Assembly: GCA_963747275.1 (NCBI GenBank)
Contig: CAVVEI010000014.1
Coordinates: forward strand, 72,774 to 136,773
Source: an uncultured Actinomycetes bacterium
GTDB taxonomy: Bacteria > Actinomycetota > Thermoleophilia > RBG-16-64-13
Direction of reading: 5' to 3'
DNA: 64,000 bases
The translations under genes and the position numbers were made by a program. The notes beneath the pieces were generated by a model. That model did no database searches, was not told the DNA's origin, and saw only the letters and a program-made list of their open reading frames with translations. Shown in pieces: positions 50,042 through 60,559 of the stretch. Position 1 is the first letter of the stretch. The number at the start of each line of letters is the position of its first letter.

Positions 50042-51413
50042 CTACTTGAGGACGTCGATCATGATCTCGGTGGCCTTCATAGCATAGTCCTTGGGAATGG
50101 TCAGCGGCGGCATGAAACGGAACACGTTGCCGTAGCGGCCGCAGGGAGTCACGATGATGCCTCGGTTCAGGAGTTTCATGGCTATCTCGCCCACTCGCTC
50201 CGGCGCAAGCGGAACTTTGGTCTTCTGATCCTCTACCAACTCGACCCCGATCATAAGGCCTCGGCCCCGGACATCGCCGATGGTCTTCACCGTCTTCATG
50301 GCCTCGGTGAGGGTGCCCCTGATCTCTTCACCGAGCTTGGTGGCGCGGCCCATGAGGTCAGCCTCGGGGTCGGTGATGAGGTCGATGTTGGTCATGCAGA
50401 CCTCGCATCCCAGAGCGTTGCCGGCGAAGGTCGACGGTTGCGATCCTTCGGAGAGGCTCTTTTCGAAGTCGGCTCGGTAGGTGAGTCCGGCCATGGGCAG
50501 ATCGCCACCCATACCCTTGCCCCAAGTGAGCATGTCCGGCTTCACGCCCACGTGCTCGATACACCACATCTTGCCGGTGCGGCCTGCACCTGACTGCACT
50601 TCGTCGGCCACGTACAGGCACCCGTATTTCTCGCAGGCCTGTTTGATGATCTGAAAGAACTCGGGCGGGGGAGCGACGTAGCCGCCTTCGCCCTGTTGGG
50701 ACTCGATGATGACCGCGGCCACGTCGTCGGACGCCGTGTAGGGGGTGTTGAGCACGTAGTCTACGTACTTGCCGCACTGCACGTCGCAGGCAGGATAGGT
50801 CATGTTGAAGGGGCAGCGGTAGCAGTAGGCATAGGGCAGATGCTGAACCCCGGCTATGAGAGGACCCCAGCCGTGCCGGTAGTTATATCCGGTAGTCAGG
50901 GCCGAGGTACCGCACCACACGCCATGGTAGGCGCCGTGGAAGGCCAAGATCTGGGTGCGGCCCGTGTGGCGCCGCGCAGAACTTGATGGCCGTCTCCACG
51001 GCGTCGGAGCCGGCCTGGAAGAACGAGGTGTGACAGTTCCCCCGCAGGCCTTCGGGCATTACTTCCGACACCTTCTTGGCCAACTCGATGCGCTTAGGGT
51101 TGGTGCTGTCGGTGGTGTGCATGATCACGCCGCTTTGGCGCTGGATGGCTTCCAAGATCTTGGGATGGCCCCGCCCCACGGCGTTCACCGCCACTCCCGC
51201 GGCCATGTCTATGTAAAGGTTGCCGTCGGCGTCCTTGACGGTGGCACCCTTGCCATGCTCCAGGATGACCGGGGACCCACCGCCCCCGCGGGTGAAGGCT
51301 TCGTACTTGCGGGATTCTTCAAGGAGGGCGGCGACCTTCGGCCCCGGCACTTGGCAGACCATCTGGGGAGCACCGGCGAACGACAGCTGCATCAGTTCAG
51401 CTTCAGAGATCAT
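50042..51413 (-). CDS. Class-III aminotransferase (GabT-like subgroup). The frame is broken once near 50979.
   Basis: ORF 50883-51413 (...FQAGSDAVETAIKF) continues in ORF 50042-50947 (ARRHTGRTQILAFHGAYHG...DEVQSGAGRTGKMW...TWGKGMGGDLP). It lies 35 nt upstream of mop copy 3. Confidence 0.8.
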
Positions 51414-51465
51414 GGCGTTCTATCCTTTCCGCCACTCGTGGTGGCCGCTATGACTAGAGGCACTA

Positions 51466-52587
51466 TCAGTCCTTCAAGTCCGCGATGTGGCACTCGACGT
51501 ACTCCATGCCTACCCCTTCAGCCACCGCCCGGCATACCAACTCGCCTCTCAGGACGTTGAGGCCTTTGAAGAGAGCGGGGTCGGCCGCCATGGCCTTCTT
51601 GAAGCCCAGATTGGCCAGTTTGGACACGTAGGGGAAGGTCGCGTTGGTGAGCGCAAAGGTCGAGGTCCGCGCGACGCTGCCGGGCAGATTGGCCACGCAG
51701 GCCAGAGTGACTCCGTCCATATCGATGACCGGGTCCTCGTGCGTCGTGGGAACGGCGCCCTCCACGCACCCCCCTTGATCGATGGCCACGTCTACGATCA
51801 CCGAGCCCTTTCGCATCCGCGCAATCATGGACTTGGTGACTACCTTGGGGGCCCGCGCGCCCGGGACGAGCAGCCCGCCTATGACCAGGTCCGCTTCCGC
51901 GACCGCTCTCTCTACGTTGGGCTCGTTCGAGGCGAGCACCGTAAGCCGCCCCCCGAGCACGTCTGCCAGATACCGGAGCCGATCCAGGTTGATGTCTAGG
52001 ATGGTGACGTTGGCACCCATGCCCAGGGCGATCTTGGCAGCGTTTATGCCCACCACCCCGCCGCCGATGATGGCCACCTCAGCCGGGGGAGTACCTGGCA
52101 CCCCACCCAGGAGGACGCCACTGCCGCCGTTCTCTTTCTGCAACCAGTGGGCCCCTATCTGCACGGAGAGCTTACCGGCGACTTCACTCATGGGGGTCAA
52201 GAGAGGCAGCGAACCGTTGTCCAACTGAACGGTCTCGTAGGCGATACCGATGACCTTGCGCTCAAGGAGCGCCTTTGTGAGATCGGGGGCCGGCGCTAGG
52301 TGCAGATATGTGAACAAGATCTGGCCCTCGCGCAAGAGCGGGTACTCCTGTGGTAACGGCTCCTTGACCTTGACTATCATCTGCGCTTCGGCGAAGACCT
52401 CTTGGGCCGTGGGGCGGATAGCGGCCCCTGCTGCTAGGTACTCTTGGTCGGAGAAACCTGAACCTTCTCCGGCCGATTTCTGAACAACGATGGTATGGCC
52501 GTCCCGGGCAAGGCTTCTTACACCCGCGGGCACCACCGCTACGCGATACTCATGGTTCTTTACCTCTTTGGGCACGCCGATGATCAT
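51466..52587 (-). CDS. ald: Alanine dehydrogenase.
   Basis: It starts [23 protein letters not shown], with GGAGGG 7 nt upstream of ATG 52587. The reading is a full-length, intact Ald-type sequence ([20 protein letters not shown]). The ORF's 24-codon 5' extension is rejected. Confidence 0.9.
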   Translation of the reverse strand: MIIGVPKEVKNHEYRVAVVPAGVRSLARDGHTIVVQKSAGEGSGFSDQEYLAAGAAIRPTAQEVFAEAQMIVKVKEPLPQEYPLLREGQILFTYLHLAPAPDLTKALLERKVIGIAYETVQLDNGSLPLLTPMSEVAGKLSVQIGAHWLQKENGGSGVLLGGVPGTPPAEVAIIGGGVVGINAAKIALGMGANVTILDINLDRLRYLADVLGGRLTVLASNEPNVERAVAEADLVIGGLLVPGARAPKVVTKSMIARMRKGSVIVDVAIDQGGCVEGAVPTTHEDPVIDMDGVTLACVANLPGSVARTSTFALTNATFPYVSKLANLGFKKAMAADPALFKGLNVLRGELVCRAVAEGVGMEYVECHIADLKD

Positions 52588-52854
52588 CCTCTTGCCCTCC
52601 GATCGACTCGTGCGTGAAGTCACGGTAGCTACCCTTTTGTACGGTTGGCTAACACACATATACTACCGCGCCTCTACGTCGTCAAGCAATCCGCTAAGGC
52701 CGTCGGCGCTGCCGCCCCTTCGAAGCTCGGTCAGAGACGCGGGGCTCTTCCGTCGGTGTTTAGCCGTTCGAGTAACTCCGGCGGCGCATGTGCTAGTATT
52801 CCAAGAGAAGGACCGCTATCAGGGTCAAGCCTGGGAACGTGAGGGGGACTGACG

Positions 52855-53595
52855 GTGGACCAGCCCGAATCAGAAGCCAGGACCAGCCGGAAACCCAGGG
52901 GGTCGCGAACTCGTACCCCCGGTCTTCCCGGTGCCGGGCCCGGTCTCCCTCCCACCGCTCAGCGTTTGCTTGAGGCCGCGCGGCGCCTGCTGGCGCGTTC
53001 GGGCTACTACTCGCTCACCGTCGAGGCCATAGGTCTTGAGGCAGGGGAGAACAAGGCCCTCGTTCGTTACTACTTCGGGTCCAAGAATGGTCTGCTCCTT
53101 GCTGTGGTCGACGGGCTCGTTTCTGACACCATCTACCAGGCGCGGCAACGGCTGTCGGCGCTGTCTACCCGAGAGGATCGGGCTCGCGTCGTCGTCGAGA
53201 TCCTTCGAGTGATCTTGGATGATGCGCAGTCGTACCGACTCCTCTACGACCTTCTTCCGCGGCTTCTCGAGAACCCGGCCATGGCGCGCCAACTGGCGGA
53301 GCTATACCGTACCTACCGTGACTTGAACACCCAGGCTCTCTGGGGTGACCGCGCCGAAGACGCACCGGTGATCTTGCGTGACGTTGCGGCAATGACGGTG
53401 GCGCTCACCGACGGCCTTGCCCTGCAACTCCTAGCCGAGCCAGGGTGCGTGGACATCCCGAGCACCCTTGCACTATGGCGCTCATTTGTCGAGAACGTGC
53501 TGGCTTCTGCTTCCGTGCTCCTCCCGGATGCTGGCCCCGGGGACGATCGGGGCGGTGCTGAACCTCAGTCGGCGGGGACTATCCGGCAGAGATAG
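52855..53595 (+). CDS. TetR-family transcriptional regulator.
   Basis: Intact 246-aa ORF with an HTH (LTVEAIGLEAGENKALVRYYFGSKNGLL). The start codon is uncertain because the N-terminus is Pro/Arg-rich. The 3' end overlaps the convergent MopB gene by 31 nt. Confidence 0.8.
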   Translation: MDQPESEARTSRKPRGSRTRTPGLPGAGPGLPPTAQRLLEAARRLLARSGYYSLTVEAIGLEAGENKALVRYYFGSKNGLLLAVVDGLVSDTIYQARQRLSALSTREDRARVVVEILRVILDDAQSYRLLYDLLPRLLENPAMARQLAELYRTYRDLNTQALWGDRAEDAPVILRDVAAMTVALTDGLALQLLAEPGCVDIPSTLALWRSFVENVLASASVLLPDAGPGDDRGGAEPQSAGTIRQR

Positions 53596-55656
53596 CCGCG
53601 CAGCGTCGTCGAACCCATCTCGCGGCCGTAGGGCGGCTCGCTTGAGGCGAGAATGTTCATGTTGGAGTCGGCCCATCCGTGCAGTTCGTCCTCGCGCTCC
53701 GGATACCACCAACTCGGCTCGGCGACCACCACGCGAGCGTCTATGGTGTCGGTGAGGGTGGCCCGCTGCCGGATGCGGCCGCGCCCATTCTCGATGAAGA
53801 CCCAGTCGCCTTCGATGACACTCAGGCCGACGGCGGTATCGGGGTGCAGCCGCACTAGCGGGTCCGGGTGGGCCTCACGCAAGGACGGGATCTGCCGGCC
53901 GGCGGTATGTGTGAACTCCGCGGGCTTCTGGCTTGTGAGGATCAGCGGGTATCTCTCGACAAGTTCAGGTGCGCTGAACGGCGTCTCCGGGGGTTCGCGA
54001 AAAACCGGGACCGGATCATATCCACAGTCCGCCAGCTGCTGGGAGTAGAGCTCCGCTTTGCTTGACGGTGTCTGGAAGCCATCGCGTTCATGAGAACGAT
54101 AGACTTTCTGGGCCGTCAGTTGGCCGACCTTGCGCAATTCATCGAACGTCAGGCCCGTCGGACCCAGCAAGTAGTCGGCGGCAGCGATATCGTCGGACCA
54201 GAAGGCCTCGCCGAAGCCGAGGCGTTGGGACAATTCGCGGTAGATGCGCAGGTCCGACCAGGCCTCCCCTACCTGCGCGACCTTCTGTACTATGCTCACC
54301 GTCGGTACGACCTCGCAGATGTGGATCGTATCCAGCTCCAGGTAGGTCGATACCGGCAGGACAATGTCGGCCATCTCGGCTGTCGGTGTCATGAACCAAT
54401 CGGTCACTACGCTGAAGCCGACCTTGCCGAGGGCGCGACGGACCTCTTCTGAGTCGTTGTAGGAATGCAGCATTGCGCAGCCGGGCACGAACAGCGCCTC
54501 GACGTGGTAGGGATCGTCCTCGAGGATGGCTTTGATGGTCTTCTGCGGCAGGCCGGAGTGGTAGATCGGCAGAACCTTCTCCTCGGCGCCGATGCGACGC
54601 GCGCGCGACTCCGGCGCGATGGCGTCCTGAGCATTGAGCTCGCGTGACCCGGGCGAGACCACCGCCGCCGACGCCCAGTCGATCTCACCGCCAGGCACCC
54701 CCAGATTGCCGCAGAGGGCACGCAGGATGGACAGAGCCCGCCCAAACTGGAAGCTGTTTATGGTGCCATCCAGAGCGTTGCCCCAGTCCAGCACCGCCGG
54801 GCGGGCGCCGGCGTAGGCATGAGCCAGATGCCGTACCATCTCGGCCGGCACCCAGGTGATGCGCTCGGTCTCTTCCGGCGTACAGCCGCTCACGGCCCCG
54901 CGCAGTTGGTCGAACCCGACCGTCCAGCGATCGACGAAATCAGCGTCAAAGAGCCCCTCCTCGATCACCACGCGGATCACCCCGAGCGCCAGGGCGAGGT
55001 CGGAGGCGGGTCGCGGCCGGACCCACAGATCGGCCCGTCGTGTGTACCAGGTTTCGGCGACATCGATCACGACGAGCTTCGAACCACCCTCCACGGCTTT
55101 CTCGATGCGCTCATGTTGGGGCAGGTTGGTTGCCCTCGGGTTGACCCCCCACAGAACTATCGCCGACGGTGCATTCTCGTAGTCAGGCATCGGGAAGTAG
55201 CCGTGCGTCAGGCGCGCGGCGTTGAGCCGCGGCACGTGGCAGATGTTCGAGGTGGCGGTGACGTTGGGTGAGCCGAAGTGGTTCGCGAAGCGCGCCAGGT
55301 AGCGGTCCTGGTAGCCTTTGGCTCCACCGCGCGCGAACACGACCGATTCCGGTCCGTGCTCCGCCGCGGCCTTCGCCAGACCGGAGGCCACGACGTCGAG
55401 AGCTTCATCCCACGAGATCTGCTTTCCACTTGCCCTCGCCGCGCGCACCGGCCCGTGTCAGTGGATGCGTGAGCCGCTCGGGGCTCGTGAGGTACTCGAG
55501 CGAAGCGGCCCCCCGCACACACAGTGCGCCGCGACTGGCCTGATGTTCGGGGTCGCCCTCGACCTTGACCGGGCGCCCGTCCTCGATGTGGATGAGCACT
55601 CCGCAGCCGCTGCTGCAAAGTGTGCAGGTGCTCCTGACGATACAGGCCTGGCGCAT
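53565..55656 (-). CDS. Stand-alone cytoplasmic MopB-superfamily Mo/W enzyme (Cys ligand, no Tat leader, no adjacent FeS partner). The frame is broken once near 55424.
   Basis: ORF 55405-55656 (MRQACIVRSTCTLCSSGCGVLIHIEDGRPVKVEGDP...GALCVRG...GEGKW) continues in ORF 53565-55448 (KQISWDEALDVVASGL...). The lesion sits in the TTT/AAA run at 55423-55425. Confidence 0.85.
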
Positions 55657-55729
55657 GTGGACCCCGCCCCTTAGCTTACTGAGAGACTGGTGTGTCTTCT
55701 GCGAGGTGGCCGTTGACAGGCCGTCTCAA

Positions 55730-55763
55730 GGGGGGAGCTTCACGCTCTGCGTGAAGCCCCCCT
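55730..55763 (-). promoter_or_regulatory. Intercistronic stem-loop between the binding-protein gene and the MopB gene.
   Basis: GCTTCACGC / GCGTGAAGC (55737-45 / 55749-57) forms a 9-bp stem, extended by G-run/C-run pairing. A second weaker hairpin, CAGTCCT...AGGACTG, follows at about 55779-55801. Confidence 0.5.
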
Positions 55764-55813
55764 CGCAGAGTCCCCCCTCAGTCCTATCTGAGTCAGGACT
55801 GGGAGAAGTACAT

Positions 55814-57025
55814 CTACTTCTTCTCGTCCAAGAGCACTTGAGCGATGGTCTCGACAGGCACCCACTGGACGACCCCATCGACCTTCTGGGTCTCCAGGAT
55901 GAAGAAGTCCCGCGTCCCGATGAAGGCGTCCTTGTACGCGGACATGGTGATCTTGCCGGCTGCGGTGTCCAGGCTCATGGTAGACATGGCCTCGATCAAC
56001 GCGGCAGGAGTCGTGTCCCCGTCGGTGGTCTCGACCGCCTTGGCCATCATGAAGATCGCCAGCGCGGCGCCAAAACCCTGAGGCATGGGGTACTCACCGG
56101 GATAGAGCTCCTGATACTTGGCGACAAACGCGTCATTCTCAGGGTTGTCGAGCGAATCGACATAGATGTCGCAGGCGACCATGCCCACTCCCAGGTCACC
56201 CAACTCCGCCAACTGCTCGCGGCTGAAGTTGTTGGCCATGGGAACCACCAGAGGGGCGGCGAGGTTGTAGCTCTTGTACTGCTGGACGAACGGCACAGCG
56301 CCCGCGCCGAATATCCAGTTGAGCGTGCAGTCCGCAGGCTTCATGGTAGTGAGGTAGGCGCTGAAGTCCACCGTGTCCATGGGGACGTACACCGGAGTAG
56401 TGACCGTGCCTCCGCCTTCCGCGAATCCCTTCTCAAAGCCGGCCTGCAGCTGATAGGCAGCCGTGTCTTCGTAGTGGATGCAGTTGGCCGTCTTGTAGCC
56501 GAGCACCTCCGCGCAGTACTTGCCGAAGTAGTAGCCATGCGAGCCGTAGAGGCCGCAGGGGATGAAGGCCAGTCCGTTGGCTGTGTCCAAGTTCTCGCTC
56601 GGTTGACCCATTACGGAGATGTTGGGCACCCCCGTGGCGCCGGCCAGGTAGTCGGTCACGGCCGCGGTCGCGGGCGAGAATATGGGACCGATGATGACAT
56701 CGGCGCCGTCACTCTCCACCAACTGCCGGGCCTTGTCGACCGCGATACTCACGTCAGAAGCGTTGTCGGCCTTGACGTACTCGAGCGGCCGGCCGGCAGC
56801 CTGGTTGTCGAGCATCGCCAGAGCGGTGTAGATGCCTTTCTCGGCCAGAGAAACATCGTAGGCCATGAAGCTGGTGAACCCATCATCGTAGCCGAGTATG
56901 ATGGGCTCGCCTTCGGCCTGAGCGGCGGTAGTATCGCTGGCCTCTTCGCCGCCACAGGCGACAGCAAACGCGCAGATGCCAAGCATCAGCACCAGCAACA
57001 CCACCAGCAATCGTTTATGCATCAC
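55814..57025 (-). CDS. Type-1 periplasmic-binding-fold (LivK-like) ABC substrate-binding lipoprotein.
   Basis: Intact 403-aa ORF with signal plus lipobox (LGICAFAVACGG). It is a paralog of the 14991-16359 protein (shared ...DTVDFS/TSYL...KPADCT...GAxPFVxQ...). Confidence 0.85.
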   Translation of the reverse strand: MMHKRLLVVLLVLMLGICAFAVACGGEEASDTTAAQAEGEPIILGYDDGFTSFMAYDVSLAEKGIYTALAMLDNQAAGRPLEYVKADNASDVSIAVDKARQLVESDGADVIIGPIFSPATAAVTDYLAGATGVPNISVMGQPSENLDTANGLAFIPCGLYGSHGYYFGKYCAEVLGYKTANCIHYEDTAAYQLQAGFEKGFAEGGGTVTTPVYVPMDTVDFSAYLTTMKPADCTLNWIFGAGAVPFVQQYKSYNLAAPLVVPMANNFSREQLAELGDLGVGMVACDIYVDSLDNPENDAFVAKYQELYPGEYPMPQGFGAALAIFMMAKAVETTDGDTTPAALIEAMSTMSLDTAAGKITMSAYKDAFIGTRDFFILETQKVDGVVQWVPVETIAQVLLDEKK

Positions 57026-57094
57026 ATTCCTCCTTTGTTCGGCCCCTTGTCACTCGCGCTCTTCTTGCCCCTCGTCCCTCAGCTCTCGGCCCTC

Positions 57095-57801
57095 CTACTC
57101 ACCGACTCCCAGATAGGTGCTCTTGATGCTCTCGTTGTCCATCAACTTGGCCGGTGCGGACTCATAGACGATGGTGCCCTTGCTCATGATGTAGGCGTAG
57201 TCGGCGACGCTCATGGCCATGCCGAAGTCCTGCTCCACCAGAAGGATGGATTGGCCGGCGGCTTTCAGCTCCCCGATCACCCTGAACACCTCGTCCACGA
57301 TCACCGGGGCCAAACCCTCGGAGGGTTCGTCAAAGAGCAAGAGGTCTGGATTGGTCATGAGCGCCCGAGCTATGGTGAGCATCTGTTGCTCGCCGCCCGA
57401 CAGGAGATTGCCCTTGTTCTTTCGCCTCTCAGCCAGCTTCGGGAACACGTGGAACACGCCATCCAGCGTCCAGGGATCGCTTCTTACCCCGGGAGCGGGC
57501 CGCCATGGTCAGGTTCTCCGTCACCGAGAGCGACGAGAAGATCATTCTGCCCTGCGGGATGAGACCGATGCCCAGGCGGGCGATCTTGTAGGCCGGTAGG
57601 CCGACCGTCTCTCGGCCGTTGTAGAGGATGCTGCCCTTGCGCGGGGTCGTGAAACCCATGATGGAGCGGATAGTCGTGGTCTTGCCCATACCGTTGCGGC
57701 CGAGAAGAGCCACGCATGAAGCCGTCCTTCACCTCCAACGATACCCCTTGGAGGACGTAGGCGTCCCCGTACCAGGTGTGGATGTCCTTCACCTCGATCA
57801 T
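57095..57801 (-). CDS. livF: Branched-chain-type ABC transporter ATP-binding protein (LivF-like). The frame is broken twice (about 57714 and 57494).
   Basis: Continuity is MIEVKDIHTWYGDAYVLQGVSLEVKDG (ORF 57484-57801), then ALLGRNGMGKTTT (Walker A, ORF 57429-57713), then PGVRSDPWTLDGVFHVFPKLAERRKNKGNLLSGGEQQML...LLLFDEPS (ORF 57095-57457). Confidence 0.8.
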
Positions 57802-58573
57802 GGTCTATCGGCCGTCCGTCCCAAACCGCTTTGCGAGAGCCCATGTAGATATCCCGCACCATCTGGTTGGTGCGGATATCCTCACAGGTGCCCTCGCAGA
57901 CGATCTCGCCGTAGTGAAGCAGCAGTACACGCTCGGCCACCCCGAACACCAGGTCCATGTCGTGAGCGATCATTAGTACGGTGGTCTTGGATCCCAGCGC
58001 TTTGATGCGGGAGGTGATGTCCGCGCTCTCCACCGTGGTCAGGCCACAGCTGGGCTCGTCCAGAAGCAGCAACTCCGCGTCGCCGGCCAGGCTCAGCGCG
58101 ATCTCCAGCTTGCGCTGTTGGCCATAGGCCAGGGAGCCCACTATCTCGTCCCTAAGTTCCCAGAGGCCGGCCTGTTCCAGCAGCGCGTGGGCTGCGGCCA
58201 GCATCTCCTTGTCAGAAAGCAGCCGCCGGAACAGATCATAGCGGCCCTTTCGAGTGCCCTGCACGGCTATCAGAGCGTTCACAAGAACGCTCTGATATGT
58301 GAAGAGACTCGTGATCTGGAAGGACCGTCCGATGCCCAGGTGCGCCCGTCCGTACACCGAATGGTGTGTGATGTCATGCCCCTTGTAGTAGACTTTGCCG
58401 GTGGAGGGCTTCAACTGCCCGGTGAGTACGTTGAACAGAGTGGTCTTGCCCGCCCCGTTGGGGCCGATGAGAGCCAACCGTTCTCCCGGGGCGATGGCGA
58501 AACTGACGTTCTTGACGGCGGCGAGGCCCCCGTAGTTGACGCCTATGCCTTGCACCTCAAGCAGCGGCGCCAC
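57798..58573 (-). CDS. livG: Branched-chain-type ABC transporter ATP-binding protein (LivG-like). The 3' end is uncertain.
   Basis: It has Walker A (GPNGAGKTT), the signature LAYGQQRKLE and Walker B (LLLLDEPS). As given, the ORF reads through to 57542 as nonsense overlapping livF. The other two frames stop at 57805-57807 (TAG) or 57798-57800 (TGA, ATGA overlap with livF), which implies one more indel near 57810-57845. Confidence 0.75.
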
Positions 58574-59561
58574 GGATGATCCTCCTCCATGCCTTGAGGA
58601 TGAACACGCCTAGCCCTTGGGGAATGACCATGACAGTAACAACGAAGAGGGCTCCGAAGATCAGCGGCCAGCGTTCCGGCAGATACTGGCTGGCCAGGTG
58701 CTCGACTCCCACGTATACGACGCTGGCCACCAGGGGGCCGAAGAACGTGGTGGTGCTACCCATGATCACAAGGAGAAAGGCGATGTCGCTGGTGATCATG
58801 GCCAAGTTCTGAGGAACCATGGTCCCGTTGAAGTACGCGAACATCAGCCCGGCTAGGCCGCCGAAAACGGCCGCTATGATCCACGCGGTGTACTTGTACA
58901 GCCACGTGTTGTAGCCCAGAGCCTGCATGCGCCTCTCGTTGTCGTGGATACCTCGAAGGGCGTAGCCGTAATGAGAGTTGACTATCCGGTAGATGGCAAA
59001 TATGGAGACGACGGTGAGTACGAAGACCAAGTAGTAGAACCGCCCCGAGGTCACCGTGACTCCGAATCCTAGTTGTGGGTCAGGGATGCCTTTCAGACCC
59101 GTGGATCCGCCCGTGTAAGTGCGCGCCGCGATTGCCACTCGGGCCAAGATCTCGCCGAATGCGATGGTGGCCAGCAGGAAGTAGATAGGGTTGGCGGCAC
59201 CCGCCCCCACACCGAACACTCTGAAGGCCGGAAAACCCAGAATGGCGGCCAGCGCTGCCGTCAAGAGCAAGACCAGCAGCAGATTCAGCCAGAAGTTCCC
59301 GATGCCGGCCTTGAGGGCTAGAAGGCCGCAGGCGTAGCCACCTGCGCCGAAGAAGGCCGCGTGGCCGAAACTGGGGATGCCGGCATAGCCCCAGATGATG
59401 TTCAGACTCATGCCGAACAGGCCGTAAATCATCATCTTGGTGACCAGGCTCGCTATGTAGGAGGGAACGAAACTGGGGATCGCGAGCAACAAGGCGCTGA
59501 ACACCACCACCGGGATGCCGATCTCGATCAGCGAGCGCGGCACCTTGCCTCGTGGAGCCAT
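58557..59561 (-). CDS. livM: Branched-chain-type ABC transporter permease (LivM-like).
   Basis: Intact 334-aa polytopic ORF. Its start overlaps the livH stop. Confidence 0.85.
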   Translation of the reverse strand: MAPRGKVPRSLIEIGIPVVVFSALLLAIPSFVPSYIASLVTKMMIYGLFGMSLNIIWGYAGIPSFGHAAFFGAGGYACGLLALKAGIGNFWLNLLLVLLLTAALAAILGFPAFRVFGVGAGAANPIYFLLATIAFGEILARVAIAARTYTGGSTGLKGIPDPQLGFGVTVTSGRFYYLVFVLTVVSIFAIYRIVNSHYGYALRGIHDNERRMQALGYNTWLYKYTAWIIAAVFGGLAGLMFAYFNGTMVPQNLAMITSDIAFLLVIMGSTTTFFGPLVASVVYVGVEHLASQYLPERWPLIFGALFVVTVMVIPQGLGVFILKAWRRIIRGAAA

Positions 59562-60421
59562 CAGAAGATCCTTCTGCCTACCAGCCCGCTCGGTCGCACG
59601 AGCAGGATGATGACGAAAACGATATAGGCAAAGAACAGCGCGGCTTTAGGCACATAGGCCTTGCCGAACGTGTCAAGCAGTCCGATGACGAGCGCGCCCA
59701 GCATGGTGCCTTGGATGTAGCCGGTGCCGCCGACCACCACCACGATCAAGGTCAGCAGCAGCAGATTGTCCCCCTGGGTGGGGAACACGCCCAGCATGGG
59801 CGCTCCCAGCATCCCTCCCACGCCGGCCAGCGCCACCCCCAATAGGAACACCACGGTGCTGACGAACCCGTAGTTGATGCCCAGACCGACTGTCATCTCC
59901 TTGTTGTCCATGCCCGCACGGATGATTGCTCCCCAGCGCGTTCTGTCCTGCGTCCACCAGAGGATGGCGAGGATGACCACTCCGACAACGCATATGAAGA
60001 TGCGGTACACGGGGAAGCTAAGCTCTCCCACTTTGATTGCGCCGGCAAGAAACCCGGGAGGTTGCGCGATCTTGCTCATGGGACCCCATATCCACAGTAT
60101 GAGGTTGGTGACCATGTAGCCCAGGCCGATGGTCAGCACAGCCTGTTCGGGAACCTTGTTGTACAGATGCTTCAGGAACAAGAAATAGAGGAGGAACCCG
60201 AAGACCGCCATGGCAAAGCCCGCGCAGATGATGGCCAACCAGAAGGGACCCACCGAATCGATCACCTGGAGGCCGATGTAGGCTCCAAAAACGAAGAGGG
60301 CGCCGTGGGTAAGATTGAGGACCCCCATGACGCCGAAGGTGAGGGAGAAGCCAGCGGCCAGCAAGAAGAGGATGAACGAGTACGATAGCCCATTAAGCCC
60401 CGTGACCAAAGCCTGGCTCAT
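59561..60421 (-). CDS. livH: Branched-chain-type ABC transporter permease (LivH-like).
   Basis: Polytopic ORF 59561-60469. I prefer the internal ATG 60421 (MSQALVTGLNGLSYSFILFLLA...). Confidence 0.85.
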   Translation of the reverse strand: MSQALVTGLNGLSYSFILFLLAAGFSLTFGVMGVLNLTHGALFVFGAYIGLQVIDSVGPFWLAIICAGFAMAVFGFLLYFLFLKHLYNKVPEQAVLTIGLGYMVTNLILWIWGPMSKIAQPPGFLAGAIKVGELSFPVYRIFICVVGVVILAILWWTQDRTRWGAIIRAGMDNKEMTVGLGINYGFVSTVVFLLGVALAGVGGMLGAPMLGVFPTQGDNLLLLTLIVVVVGGTGYIQGTMLGALVIGLLDTFGKAYVPKAALFFAYIVFVIILLVRPSGLVGRRIF

Positions 60422-60530
60422 GTGCCCCTCAATCCCTTGAGTGGTACGCCGCAAGCGCCAGATACCCATACTGGACGCTCTGCTAACCCCGTTACAATAA
60501 CACGGCTACAACGGTCCATGTCAACTTCTT

Positions 60531-60559
60531 TGTACGCGCGGATAACATGGAATACAATG
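60531..60559 (+). promoter_or_regulatory. Candidate sigma70-type promoter TTGTAC-N17-TACAAT.
   Basis: TTGTAC lies at 60531-60536 and TACAAT at 60554-60559, in a locally AT-rich ~350-bp divergent region. This would give a ~200-nt leader before ATG 60769. Confidence 0.3.

Noticed and set aside
52588-52854. The 10-bp perfect palindrome GGTAGCTACC (52624-52633) in the ald / TetR divergent region, considered as a possible operator.
   Set aside because: It is short and lies inside the ald 5' leader, only about 40 nt from the start codon. It has no second copy and no flanking symmetry, so it is too weak to call without binding or conservation data.
57542-58573. The 343-aa ORF, which suggests a LivG protein extending about 260 nt into livF, or a LivG-LivF fusion.
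   Set aside because: Beyond ...VRDIYMG the reading is Arg/Pro/Ala-rich nonsense, while a different frame encodes the genuine LivF N-terminus starting at ATG 57801. The other two frames stop at 57805-57807 or 57798-57800. The extension is treated as an indel artefact.
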